Positions 1 to 11,968 of a stretch of 64,000 nt of DNA are shown one piece after another. Origin of the DNA: Auanema rhodensis (lineage: Eukaryota > Animalia > Nematoda). The notes beneath the pieces are model-generated. The model was not told the DNA's origin and ran no database searches. It worked only from the letters and a program-made list of their open reading frames with translations. The position numbers and the translations under genes are program-made. Position 1 is the first letter of the stretch; each line of letters starts with the position of its first letter. The stretch is from assembly GCA_964057225.1 (NCBI GenBank), contig OZ059900.1, positions 5,270,001 through 5,334,000 on the forward strand, written 5' to 3'.

Positions 1-176
1 TAACTATACCACCTAAGTATCCGAAGAAAGTGATCTTGATTTGTAACTCGGTGCCCGGTAAAGATAGAAGAATACTGTACATTTTAATGAATTCTCCATG
101 GTCATATTAGTCTAAAAACACTATCTTATTGTGTTTGATGCATGGTAGCCAGGACTTCCAATTTTATGTGAACAGT
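1..176 (+). repeat. Representative monomer (176 bp, 62 G+C = 35%)
   Basis: taactataccacctaagtatccgaagaaagtgatcttgatttgtaactcggtgcccggtaaagatagaagaatactgtacattttaatgaattctccatggtcatattagtctaaaaacactatcttattgtgtttgatgcatggtagccaggacttccaattttatgtgaacagt. Main polymorphic positions: 22-23, 49, 58, 70, 86, 89, 92, 94, 102, 111, 124/129/132, 148, 152, 173. Confidence 0.98.
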
Positions 177-3168
177 TAACTATACCACCTAAGTATCCGA
201 AGAAAGTGATCTTGATTTGTAACTCGGTGCCCGTTAAAGATAGAAGAATACTGTACATTTTAATGAATTCTCCATGGTCATATTAGTCTAAAAACACTAT
301 CTTATTGTGTTTGATGCATGGTAGCCAGGACTTCCAATTTTATGTGAACAGTTAACTATACCACCTAAGTATCCGAAGAAAGTGATCTTGATTTGTAACT
401 CGGTGCCCGGTAAAGATAGAAGAATACTGTACATTTTAATGAATTCTCCATGGCCATATTAGACTAAAAACACTATCTTATTGTGTTTGATGCATGGTAG
501 CCAGGACTTCCAATTTTATGTGAACAGTTAACTATACCACCTAAGTATCCGAAGAAAGTGATCTTGATTTGTAACTCGGTGCCCGGTAAAGATAGAAGAA
601 TACTGTACATTTTAATGAATTCTCCATGGCCATATTAGACTAAAAACACTATCTTATTGTGTTTGATGCATGGTAGCCAGGACTTCCAATTTTATGTGAA
701 CAGTTAACTATACCACCTAAGTATCCGAAGAAAGTGATCTTGATTTGTAACTCGGTGCCCGTTAAAGATAGAAGAATACTGTACATTTTAATGAATTCTC
801 CATGGCCATATTAGACTAAAAACACTATCTTATTGTGTTTGATGCATGGTAGCCAGGACTTCCAATTTTATGTGAACAGTTAACTATACCACCTAAGTAT
901 CCGAAGAAAGTGATCTTGATTTGTAACTCGGTGCCCGGTAAAGATAGAAGAATACTGTACATTTTAATGAATTCTCCATGGCCATATTAGACTAAAAACA
1001 CTATCTTATTGTGTTTGATGCATGGTAGCCAGGACTTCCAATTTTATGTGAACAGTTAACTATACCACCTAAGTATCCGAAGAAAGTGATCTTGATTTGT
1101 AACTCGGTGCCCGTTAAAGATAGAAGAATACTGTACATTTTAATGAATTCTCCATGGCCATATTAGACTAAAAACACTATCTTATTGTGTTTGATGCATG
1201 GTAGCCAGGACTTCCAATTTTATGTGAACAGTTAACTATACCACCTAAGTATCCGAAGAAAGTGATCTTGATTTGTAACTCGGTGCCCGGTAAAGATAGA
1301 AGAATACTGTACATTTTAATGAATTCTCCATGGCCATATTAGACTAAAAACACTATCTTATTGTGTTTGATGCATGGTAGCCAGGACTTCCAATTTTATG
1401 TGAACAGTTAACTATACCACCTAAGTATCCGAAGAAAGTGATCTTGATTTGTAACTCGGTGCCCGGTAAAGATAGAAGAATACTGTACATTTTAATGAAT
1501 TCTCCATGGCCATATTAGACTAAAAACACTATCTTATTGTGTTTGATGCATGGTAGCCAGGACTTCCAATTTTATGTGAACAGTTAACTATACCACCTAA
1601 GTATCCGAAGAAAGTGATCTTGATTTGTAACTCGGTGCCCGGTAAAGATAGAAGAATACTGTACATTTTAATGAATTCTCCATGGCCATATTAGACTAAA
1701 AACACTATCTTATTGTGTTTGATGCATGGTAGCCAGGACTTCCAATTTTATGTGAACAGTTAACTATACCACCTAAGTATCCGAAGAAAGTGATCTTGAT
1801 TTGTAACTCGGTGCCCGGTAAAGATAGAAGAATACTGTACATTTTAAAGAATTCTCCATGGTCATATTAGACTAAAAACACTATCTTATTGTGTTTGATG
1901 CATGGTAGCCAGGACTTCCAATTTTATGTGAACAGTTAACTATACCACCTAAGTATCCGAAGAAAGTGATCTTGATTTGTAACTCGGTGCCCGGTAAAGA
2001 TAGAAGAATACTGTACATTTTAATGAATTCTCCATGGCCATATTAGACTAAAAACACTATCTTATTGTGTTTGATGCATGGTAGCCAGGACTTCCAATTT
2101 TATGTGAACAGTTAACTATACCACCTAAGTATCCGAAGAAAGTGATCTTGATTTGTAACTCGGTGCCCGTTAAAGATAGAAGAATACTGTACATTTTAAT
2201 GAATTCTCCATGGTCATATTAGTCTAAAAACACTATCTTATTGTGTTTGATGCATGGTAGCCAGGACTTCCAATTTTATGTGAACAGTTAACTATACCAC
2301 CTAAGTATCCGAAGAAAGTGATCTTGATTTGTAACTCGGTGCCCGGTAAAGATAGAAGAATACTGTACATTTTAAAGAATTCTCCATGGTCATATTAGAC
2401 TAAAAACACTATCTTATTGTGTTTGATGCATGGTAGCCAGGACTTCCAATTTTATGTGAACAGTTAACTATACCACCTAAGTATCCGAAGAAAGTGATCT
2501 TGATTTGTAACTCGGTGCCCGGTAAAGATAGAAGAATACTGTACATTTTAATGAATTCTCCATGGTCATATTAGTCTAAAAACACTATCTTATTGTGTTT
2601 GATGCATGGTAGCCAGGACTTCCAATTTTATGTGAACAGTTAACTATACCACCTAAGTATCCGAAGAAAGTGATCTTGATTTGTAACTCGGTGCCCGGTA
2701 AAGATAGAAGAATACTGTACATTTTGATGAACTCTCCATGGCCATATTAGACTAAAAACACTATCTTATTGTGTTTGATGCATGGTAGAAAGGACTTCCA
2801 ATTTTATGTGAAGAGTTAACTATACCACCTAAGTATCCGAAGAAAGTGATCTTGATTTGTAACTTGGTGCCCGTTAAAGATAGAAGAATACTGTACATTT
2901 TAATAAATTCTCCATGGTCATATTAGTCTAAAAACACTATCTTATTGTGTTTGATGCATGGTAGCCAGGACTTCCAATTTTATGTGAAGAGTTAACTATA
3001 CCACCTAAGTATCCGAAGAAAGTGATCTTGATTTGTAACTTGGTGCCCGGTAAAGATAGAAAAATACTGTACATTTTAATGAATTCTCCAGGGTCATATT
3101 AGTCTAAAAACACTATCTTATTGTGTTTGATGCATGGTAACCAAGACTTCCAATTTTATGTGAACAGT

Positions 3169-6100
3169 TAACTATACCACCTAAGTATCCGAAGAAAGTG
3201 ATCTTGATTTGTAACTCGGTGCCCGTTAAAGATAGAAGAATACTGTACATTTTAATGAATTCTCCATGGCCATATTAGTCTAAAAACACTATCTTATTGT
3301 GTTTGATGCATGGTAGCCAGGACTTCCAATTTTATGTGACGAGTTAACTATACCACCTAAGTATCCGAAGAAAGTGATCTTGATTTGTAACTTGGTGCCC
3401 GGTAAAGATAGAAAAATACTGTACATTTTAATGAATTCTCCATAGTCATATTAGTCTAAAAACACTATCTTATTGTGTTTGATGCATGGTAACCAAGACT
3501 TCCAATTTTATGTGAACAGTTAACTATACCACCTAAGTATCCGAAGAAAGTGATCTTGATTTGTAACTCGGTGCCCGGTAAAGATAGAAGAATACTGTAC
3601 ATTTTGATGAACTCTCCATGGCCATATTAGACTAAAAACACTATCTTATTGTGTTTGATGCATGGTAGCCAGGATTTCCAATTTTATGTGAACAGTTAAC
3701 TATACCACCTAAGTATCCGAAGAAAGTGATCTTGATTTGTAACTCGGTGCCCGGTAAAGATAGAAGAATACTGTACATTTTGATGAACTCTCCATGGCCA
3801 TATTAGACTAAAAACACTATCTTATTGTGTTTGATGCATGGTAGCCAGGACTTCCAATTTTATGTGAACAGTTAACTATACCACCTAAGTATCCGAAGAA
3901 AGTGATCTTGATTTGTAACTCGGTGCCCGGTAAAGATAGAAGAATACTGTACATTTTGATGAACTCTCCATGGCCATATTAGACTAAAAACACTATCTTA
4001 TTGTGTTTGATGCATGGTAGCCAGGACTTCCAATTTTATGTGAACAGTTAACTATACCACCTAAGTATCCGAAGAAAGTGATCTTGATTTGTAACTCGGT
4101 GCCCGGTAAAGATAGAAGAATACTGTACATTTTGATGAACTCTCCATGGCCATATTAGACTAAAAACACTATCTTATTGTGTTTGATGCATGGTAGCCAG
4201 GACTTCCAATTTTATGTGAACAGTTAACTATACCACCTAAGTATCCGAAGAAAGTGATCTTGATTTGTAACTCGGTGCCCGGTAAAGATAGAAGAATACT
4301 GTACATTTTGATGAACTCTCCATGGCCATATTAGACTAAAAACACTATCTTATTGTGTTTGATGCATGGTAGCCAGGACTTCCAATTTTATGTGAACAGT
4401 TAACTATACCACCTAAGTATCCGAAGAAAGTGATCTTGATTTGTAACTCGGTGCCCGGTAAAGATAGAAGAATACTGTACATTTTGATGAACTCTCCATG
4501 GCCATATTAGACTAAAAACACTATCTTATTGTGTTTGATGCATGGTAGCCAGGACTTCCAATTTTATGTGAACAGTTAACTATACCACCTAAGTATCCGA
4601 AGAAAGTGATCTTGATTTGTAACTCGGTGCCCGTTAAAGATAGAAGAATACTGTACATTTCAATGAATTCTCCATGGCCATATTAGTCTAAAAACACTAT
4701 CTTATTGTGTTTGATGCATGGTAACCAAGACTTCCAATTTTATGTGAAGAGTTAACTATACCACCTAAGTATCCGAAGAAAGTGATCTTGATTTGTAACT
4801 CGGTGCCCGTTAAAGATAGAAGAATACTGTACATTTTAATGAATTCTCCATGGCCATATTAGACTAAAAACACTATCTTATTGTGTTTGATGCATGGTAG
4901 CCAGGACTTCCAATTTTATGTGAACAGTTAACTATACCACCTAAGTATCCGAAGAAAGTGATCTTGATTTGTAACTCGGTGCCCGGTAAAGATAGAAGAA
5001 TACTGTACATTTTGATGAACTTTCCATGGCCATATTAGACTAAAAACACTATCTTATTGTGTTTGATGCATGGTAGCCAGGACTTCCAATTTTATGTGAA
5101 CAGTTAACTATACCACCTAAGTATCCGAAGAAAGTGATCTTGATTTGTAACTCGGTGCCCGGTAAAGATAGAAGAATACTGTACATTTTGATGAACTCTC
5201 CATGGCCATATTAGACTAAAAACACTATCTTATTGTGTTTGATGCATGGTAGCCAGGACTTCCAATTTTATGTGAACAGTTAACTATACCACCTAAGTAT
5301 CCGAAGAAAGTGATCTTGATTTGTAACTCGGTGCCCGTTAAAGATAGAAGAATACTGTACATTTTAATGAATTCTCCATGGCCATATTAGTCTAAAAACA
5401 CTATCTTATTGTGTTTGATGCATGGTAGCCAGGACTTCCAATTTTATGTGACGAGTTAACTATACCACCTAAGTATCCGAAGAAAGTGATCTTGATTTGT
5501 AACTTGGTGCCCGGTAAAGATAGAAAAATACTGTACATTTTAATGAATTCTCCATAGTCATATTAGTCTAAAAACACTATCTTATTGTGTTTGATGCATG
5601 GTAACCAAGACTTCCAATTTTATGTGAACAGTTAACTATACCACCTAAGTATCCGAAGAAAGTGATCTTGATTTGTAACTCGGTGCCCGGTAAAGATAGA
5701 AGAATACTGTACATTTTGATGAACTCTCCATGGCCATATTAGACTAAAAACACTATCTTATTGTGTTTGATGCATGGTAGCCAGGATTTCCAATTTTATG
5801 TGAACAGTTAACTATACCACCTAAGTATCCGAAGAAAGTGATCTTGATTTGTAACTCGGTGCCCGGTAAAGATAGAAGAATACTGTACATTTTGATGAAC
5901 TCTCCATGGCCATATTAGACTAAAAACACTATCTTATTGTGTTTGATGCATGGTAGCCAGGACTTCCAATTTTATGTGAACAGTTAACTATACCACCTAA
6001 GTATCCGAAGAAAGTGATCTTGATTTGTAACTCGGTGCCCGGTAAAGATAGAAGAATACTGTACATTTTGATGAACTCTCCATGGCCATATTAGACTAAA

Positions 6101-7392
6101 AACACTATCTTATTGTGTTTGATGCATGGTAGCCAGGACTTCCAATTTTATGTGAACAGTTAACTATACCACCTAAGTATCCGAAGAAAGTGATCTTGAT
6201 TTGTAACTCGGTGCCCGGTAAAGATAGAAGAATACTGTACATTTTGATGAACTCTCCATGGCCATATTAGACTAAAAACACTATCTTATTGTGTTTGATG
6301 CATGGTAGCCAGGACTTCCAATTTTATGTGAACAGTTAACTATACCACCTAAGTATCCGAAGAAAGTGATCTTGATTTGTAACTCGGTGCCCGGTAAAGA
6401 TAGAAGAATACTGTACATTTTGATGAACTCTCCATGGCCATATTAGACTAAAAACACTATCTTATTGTGTTTGATGCATGGTAGCCAGGACTTCCAATTT
6501 TATGTGAACAGTTAACTATACCACCTAAGTATCCGAAGAAAGTGATCTTGATTTGTAACTCGGTGCCCGGTAAAGATAGAAGAATACTGTACATTTTGAT
6601 GAACTCTCCATGGCCATATTAGACTAAAAACACTATCTTATTGTGTTTGATGCATGGTAGCCAGGACTTCCAATTTTATGTGAACAGTTAACTATACCAC
6701 CTAAGTATCCGAAGAAAGTGATCTTGATTTGTAACTCGGTGCCCGTTAAAGATAGAAGAATACTGTACATTTCAATGAATTCTCCATGGCCATATTAGTC
6801 TAAAAACACTATCTTATTGTGTTTGATGCATGGTAACCAAGACTTCCAATTTTATGTGAAGAGTTAACTATACCACCTAAGTATCCGAAGAAAGTGATCT
6901 TGATTTGTAACTCGGTGCCCGTTAAAGATAGAAGAATACTGTACATTTTAATGAATTCTCCATGGCCATATTAGACTAAAAACACTATCTTATTGTGTTT
7001 GATGCATGGTAGCCAGGACTTCCAATTTTATGTGAACAGTTAACTATACCACCTAAGTATCCGAAGAAAGTGATCTTGATTTGTAACTCGGTGCCCGGTA
7101 AAGATAGAAGAATACTGTACATTTTGATGAACTTTCCATGGCCATATTAGACTAAAAACACTATCTTATTGTGTTTGATGCATGGTAGCCAGGACTTCCA
7201 ATTTTATGTGAACAGTTAACTATACCACCTAAGTATCCGAAGAAAGTGATCTTGATTTGTAACTCGGTGCCCGGTAAAGATAGAAGAATACTGTACATTT
7301 TGATGAACTCTCCATGGCCATATTAGACTAAAAACACTATCTTATTGTGTTTGATGCATGGTAGCCAGGACTTCCAATTTTATGTGAACAGT
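3169..7392. repeat. 12-monomer tandem duplication (2112 bp; 3169-5280 / 5281-7392)
   Basis: Rare markers GTGACGAG, CATAGTC, GGATTTCC, TTTCAATG and GAACTTTCC appear in the same order, 2112 bp apart. Confidence 0.92.
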
Positions 7393-8448
7393 TAACTATA
7401 CCACCTAAGTATCCGAAGAAAGTGATCTTGATTTGTAACTCGGTGCCCGGTAAAGATAGAAGAATACTGTACATTTTGATGAACTCTCCATGGCCATATT
7501 AGACTAAAAACACTATCTTATTGTGTTTGATGCATGGTAGCCAGGACTTCCAATTTTATGTGAACAGTTAACTATACCACCTAAGTATCCGAAGAAAGTG
7601 ATCTTGATTTGTAACTCGGTGCCCGTTAAAGATAGAAGAATACTGTACATTTCAATGAATTCTCCATGGCCATATTAGTCTAAAAACACTATCTTATTGT
7701 GTTTGATGCATGGTAACCAAGACTTCCAATTTTATGTGAAGAGTTAACTATACCACCTAAGTATCCGAAGAAAGTGATCTTGATTTGTAACTCGGTGCCC
7801 GTTAAAGATAGAAGAATACTGTACATTTTAATGAATTCTCCATGGCCATATTAGACTAAAAACACTATCTTATTGTGTTTGATGCATGGTAGCCAGGACT
7901 TCCAATTTTATGTGAACAGTTAACTATACCACCTAAGTATCCGAAGAAAGTGATCTTGATTTGTAACTCGGTGCCCGGTAAAGATAGAAGAATACTGTAC
8001 ATTTTGATGAACTTTCCATGGCCATATTAGACTAAAAACACTATCTTATTGTGTTTGATGCATGGTAGCCAGGACTTCCAATTTTATGTGAACAGTTAAC
8101 TATACCACCTAAGTATCCGAAGAAAGTGATCTTGATTTGTAACTCGGTGCCCGGTAAAGATAGAAGAATACTGTACATTTTGATGAACTCTCCATGGCCA
8201 TATTAGACTAAAAACACTATCTTATTGTGTTTGATGCATGGTAGCCAGGACTTCCAATTTTATGTGAACAGTTAACTATACCACCTAAGTATCCGAAGAA
8301 AGTGATCTTGATTTGTAACTCGGTGCCCGGTAAAGATAGAAGAATACTGTACATTTTGATGAACTCTCCATGGCCATATTAGACTAAAAACACTATCTTA
8401 TTGTGTTTGATGCATGGTAGCCAGGACTTCCAATTTTATGTGAACAGT
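6689..8448. repeat. 5-monomer tandem duplication (880 bp) nested at the end of the 12-mer copy
   Basis: TTTCAATG units start at 6689 and 7569; GAACTTTCC units start at 7041 and 7921. Confidence 0.9.
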
Positions 8449-10208
8449 TAACTATACCACCTAAGTATCCGAAGAAAGTGATCTTGATTTGTAACTCGGT
8501 GCCCGTTAAAGATAGAAGAATACTGTACATTTTAATGAATTCTCCATGACCATATTAGACTAAAAACACTATCTTATTGTGTTTGATGCATGGTAGCCAG
8601 GACTTCCAATTTTATGTGAACAGTTAACTATACCACCTAAGTATCCGAAGAAAGTGATCTTGATTTGTAACTCGGTGCCCGGTAAAGATAGAAGAATACT
8701 GTACATTTTAATGAATTCTCCATGGTCATATTAGACTAAAAACACTATCTTATTGTGTTTGATGCATGGTAGCCAGGACTTCCAATTTTATGTGAACAGT
8801 TAACTATACCACCTAAGTATCCGAAGAAAGTGATCTTGATTTGTAACTCGGTGCCCGGTAAAGATAGAAGAATACTGTACATTTTAATGAATTCTCCATG
8901 GTCATATTAGTCTAAAAACACTATCTTATTGTGTTTGATGCATGGTAGCCAGGACTTCCAATTTTATGTGAACAGTTAACTATACCACCTAAGTATCCGA
9001 AGAAAGTGATCTTGATTTGTAACTCGGTGCCCGTTAAAGATAGAAGAATACTGTACATTTTAATGAATTCTCCATGGTCATATTAGTCTAAAAACACTAT
9101 CTTATTGTGTTTGATGCATGGTAGCCAGGACTTCCAATTTTATGTGAACAGTTAACTATACCACCTAAGTATCCGAAGAAAGTGATCTTGATTTGTAACT
9201 CGGTGCCCGGTAAAGATAGAAGAATACTGTACATTTTAATGAATTCTCCATGGCCATATTAGACTAAAAACACTATCTTATTGTGTTTGATGCATGGTAG
9301 CCAGGACTTCCAATTTTATGTGAACAGTTAACTATACCACCTAAGTATCCGAAGAAAGTGATCTTGATTTGTAACTCGGTGCCCGGTAAAGATAGAAGAA
9401 TACTGTACATTTTAATGAATTCTCCATGGCCATATTAGACTAAAAACACTATCTTATTGTGTTTGATGCATGGTAGCCAGGACTTCCAATTTTATGTGAA
9501 CAGTTAACTATACCACCTAAGTATCCGAAGAAAGTGATCTTGATTTGTAACTCGGTGCCCGTTAAAGATAGAAGAATACTGTACATTTTAATGAATTCTC
9601 CATGGCCATATTAGACTAAAAACACTATCTTATTGTGTTTGATGCATGGTAGCCAGGACTTCCAATTTTATGTGAACAGTTAACTATACCACCTAAGTAT
9701 CCGAAGAAAGTGATCTTGATTTGTAACTCGGTGCCCGGTAAAGATAGAAGAATACTGTACATTTTAATGAATTCTCCATGGCCATATTAGACTAAAAACA
9801 CTATCTTATTGTGTTTGATGCATGGTAGCCAGGACTTCCAATTTTATGTGAACAGTTAACTATACCACCTAAGTATCCGAAGAAAGTGATCTTGATTTGT
9901 AACTCGGTGCCCGTTAAAGATAGAAGAATACTGTACATTTTAATGAATTCTCCATGGCCATATTAGACTAAAAACACTATCTTATTGTGTTTGATGCATG
10001 GTAGCCAGGACTTCCAATTTTATGTGAACAGTTAACTATACCACCTAAGTATCCGAAGAAAGTGATCTTGATTTGTAACTCGGTGCCCGGTAAAGATAGA
10101 AGAATACTGTACATTTTAATGAATTCTCCATGGCCATATTAGACTAAAAACACTATCTTATTGTGTTTGATGCATGGTAGCCAGGACTTCCAATTTTATG
10201 TGAACAGT

Positions 10209-11968
10209 TAACTATACCACCTAAGTATCCGAAGAAAGTGATCTTGATTTGTAACTCGGTGCCCGGTAAAGATAGAAGAATACTGTACATTTTAATGAAT
10301 TCTCCATGGCCATATTAGACTAAAAACACTATCTTATTGTGTTTGATGCATGGTAGCCAGGACTTCCAATTTTATGTGAACAGTTAACTATACCACCTAA
10401 GTATCCGAAGAAAGTGATCTTGATTTGTAACTCGGTGCCCGGTAAAGATAGAAGAATACTGTACATTTTAATGAATTCTCCATGGCCATATTAGACTAAA
10501 AACACTATCTTATTGTGTTTGATGCATGGTAGCCAGGACTTCCAATTTTATGTGAACAGTTAACTATACCACCTAAGTATCCGAAGAAAGTGATCTTGAT
10601 TTGTAACTCGGTGCCCGGTAAAGATAGAAGAATACTGTACATTTTAAAGAATTCTCCATGGTCATATTAGACTAAAAACACTATCTTATTGTGTTTGATG
10701 CATGGTAGCCAGGACTTCCAATTTTATGTGAACAGTTAACTATACCACCTAAGTATCCGAAGAAAGTGATCTTGATTTGTAACTCGGTGCCCGGTAAAGA
10801 TAGAAGAATACTGTACATTTTAATGAATTCTCCATGGCCATATTAGACTAAAAACACTATCTTATTGTGTTTGATGCATGGTAGCCAGGACTTCCAATTT
10901 TATGTGAACAGTTAACTATACCACCTAAGTATCCGAAGAAAGTGATCTTGATTTGTAACTCGGTGCCCGGTAAAGATAGAAGAATACTGTACATTTTAAT
11001 GAATTCTCCATGGTCATATTAGTCTAAAAACACTATCTTATTGTGTTTGATGCATGGTAGCCAGGACTTCCAATTTTATGTGAACAGTTAACTATACCAC
11101 CTAAGTATCCGAAGAAAGTGATCTTGATTTGTAACTCGGTGCCCGGTAAAGATAGAAGAATACTGTACATTTTAATGAATTCTCCATGGCCATATTAGAC
11201 TAAAAACACTATCTTATTGTGTTTGATGCATGGTAGCCAGGACTTCCAATTTTATGTGAACAGTTAACTATACCACCTAAGTATCCGAAGAAAGTGATCT
11301 TGATTTGTAACTCGGTGCCCGGTAAAGATAGAAGAATACTGTACATTTTAATGAATTCTCCATGGCCATATTAGACTAAAAACACTATCTTATTGTGTTT
11401 GATGCATGGTAGCCAGGACTTCCAATTTTATGTGAACAGTTAACTATACCACCTAAGTATCCGAAGAAAGTGATCTTGATTTGTAACTCGGTGCCCGGTA
11501 AAGATAGAAGAATACTGTACATTTTAAAGAATTCTCCATGGTCATATTAGACTAAAAACACTATCTTATTGTGTTTGATGCATGGTAGCCAGGACTTCCA
11601 ATTTTATGTGAACAGTTAACTATACCACCTAAGTATCCGAAGAAAGTGATCTTGATTTGTAACTCGGTGCCCGGTAAAGATAGAAGAATACTGTACATTT
11701 TAATGAATTCTCCATGGCCATATTAGACTAAAAACACTATCTTATTGTGTTTGATGCATGGTAGCCAGGACTTCCAATTTTATGTGAACAGTTAACTATA
11801 CCACCTAAGTATCCGAAGAAAGTGATCTTGATTTGTAACTCGGTGCCCGGTAAAGATAGAAGAATACTGTACATTTTAATGAATTCTCCATGGTCATATT
11901 AGTCTAAAAACACTATCTTATTGTGTTTGATGCATGGTAGCCAGGACTTCCAATTTTATGTGAACAGT
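10209..11968. repeat. 5-monomer tandem duplication (880 bp)
   Basis: TTAAAGAA variant at ~10648 and ~11528 with matching flanking unit types. Confidence 0.85.

Larger units (their letters stand above)
1..10912. repeat. Block duplication at 50-monomer offset (8800 bp): units 1-12 (1-2112) = units 51-62 (8801-10912)
   Basis: Same order of position-58 G/T and 102/111 states. The rare TTAAAGAA variant occurs at ~1848 and ~10648. The downstream GGTAGAAAGG marker (2789 and 12117) is offset by 53 units, because the intervening units differ between the copies. Confidence 0.85.

Noticed and set aside
76-143. Synthetic construct or polylinker (EcoRI, NcoI, NsiI, BsrGI, HpaI sites)
   Set aside because: The sites are embedded in a naturally diverging array with hierarchical mutations and duplications, and there is no vector sequence.
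1-176. Identity with primate alpha satellite (CENP-B box), or exact identity with Brassica CentBr or A. thaliana CEN178
   Set aside because: No canonical CENP-B box is seen and the length is not 171 bp. Similarity to the recalled crucifer consensus sequences is limited to short motifs, so no named family is assigned.
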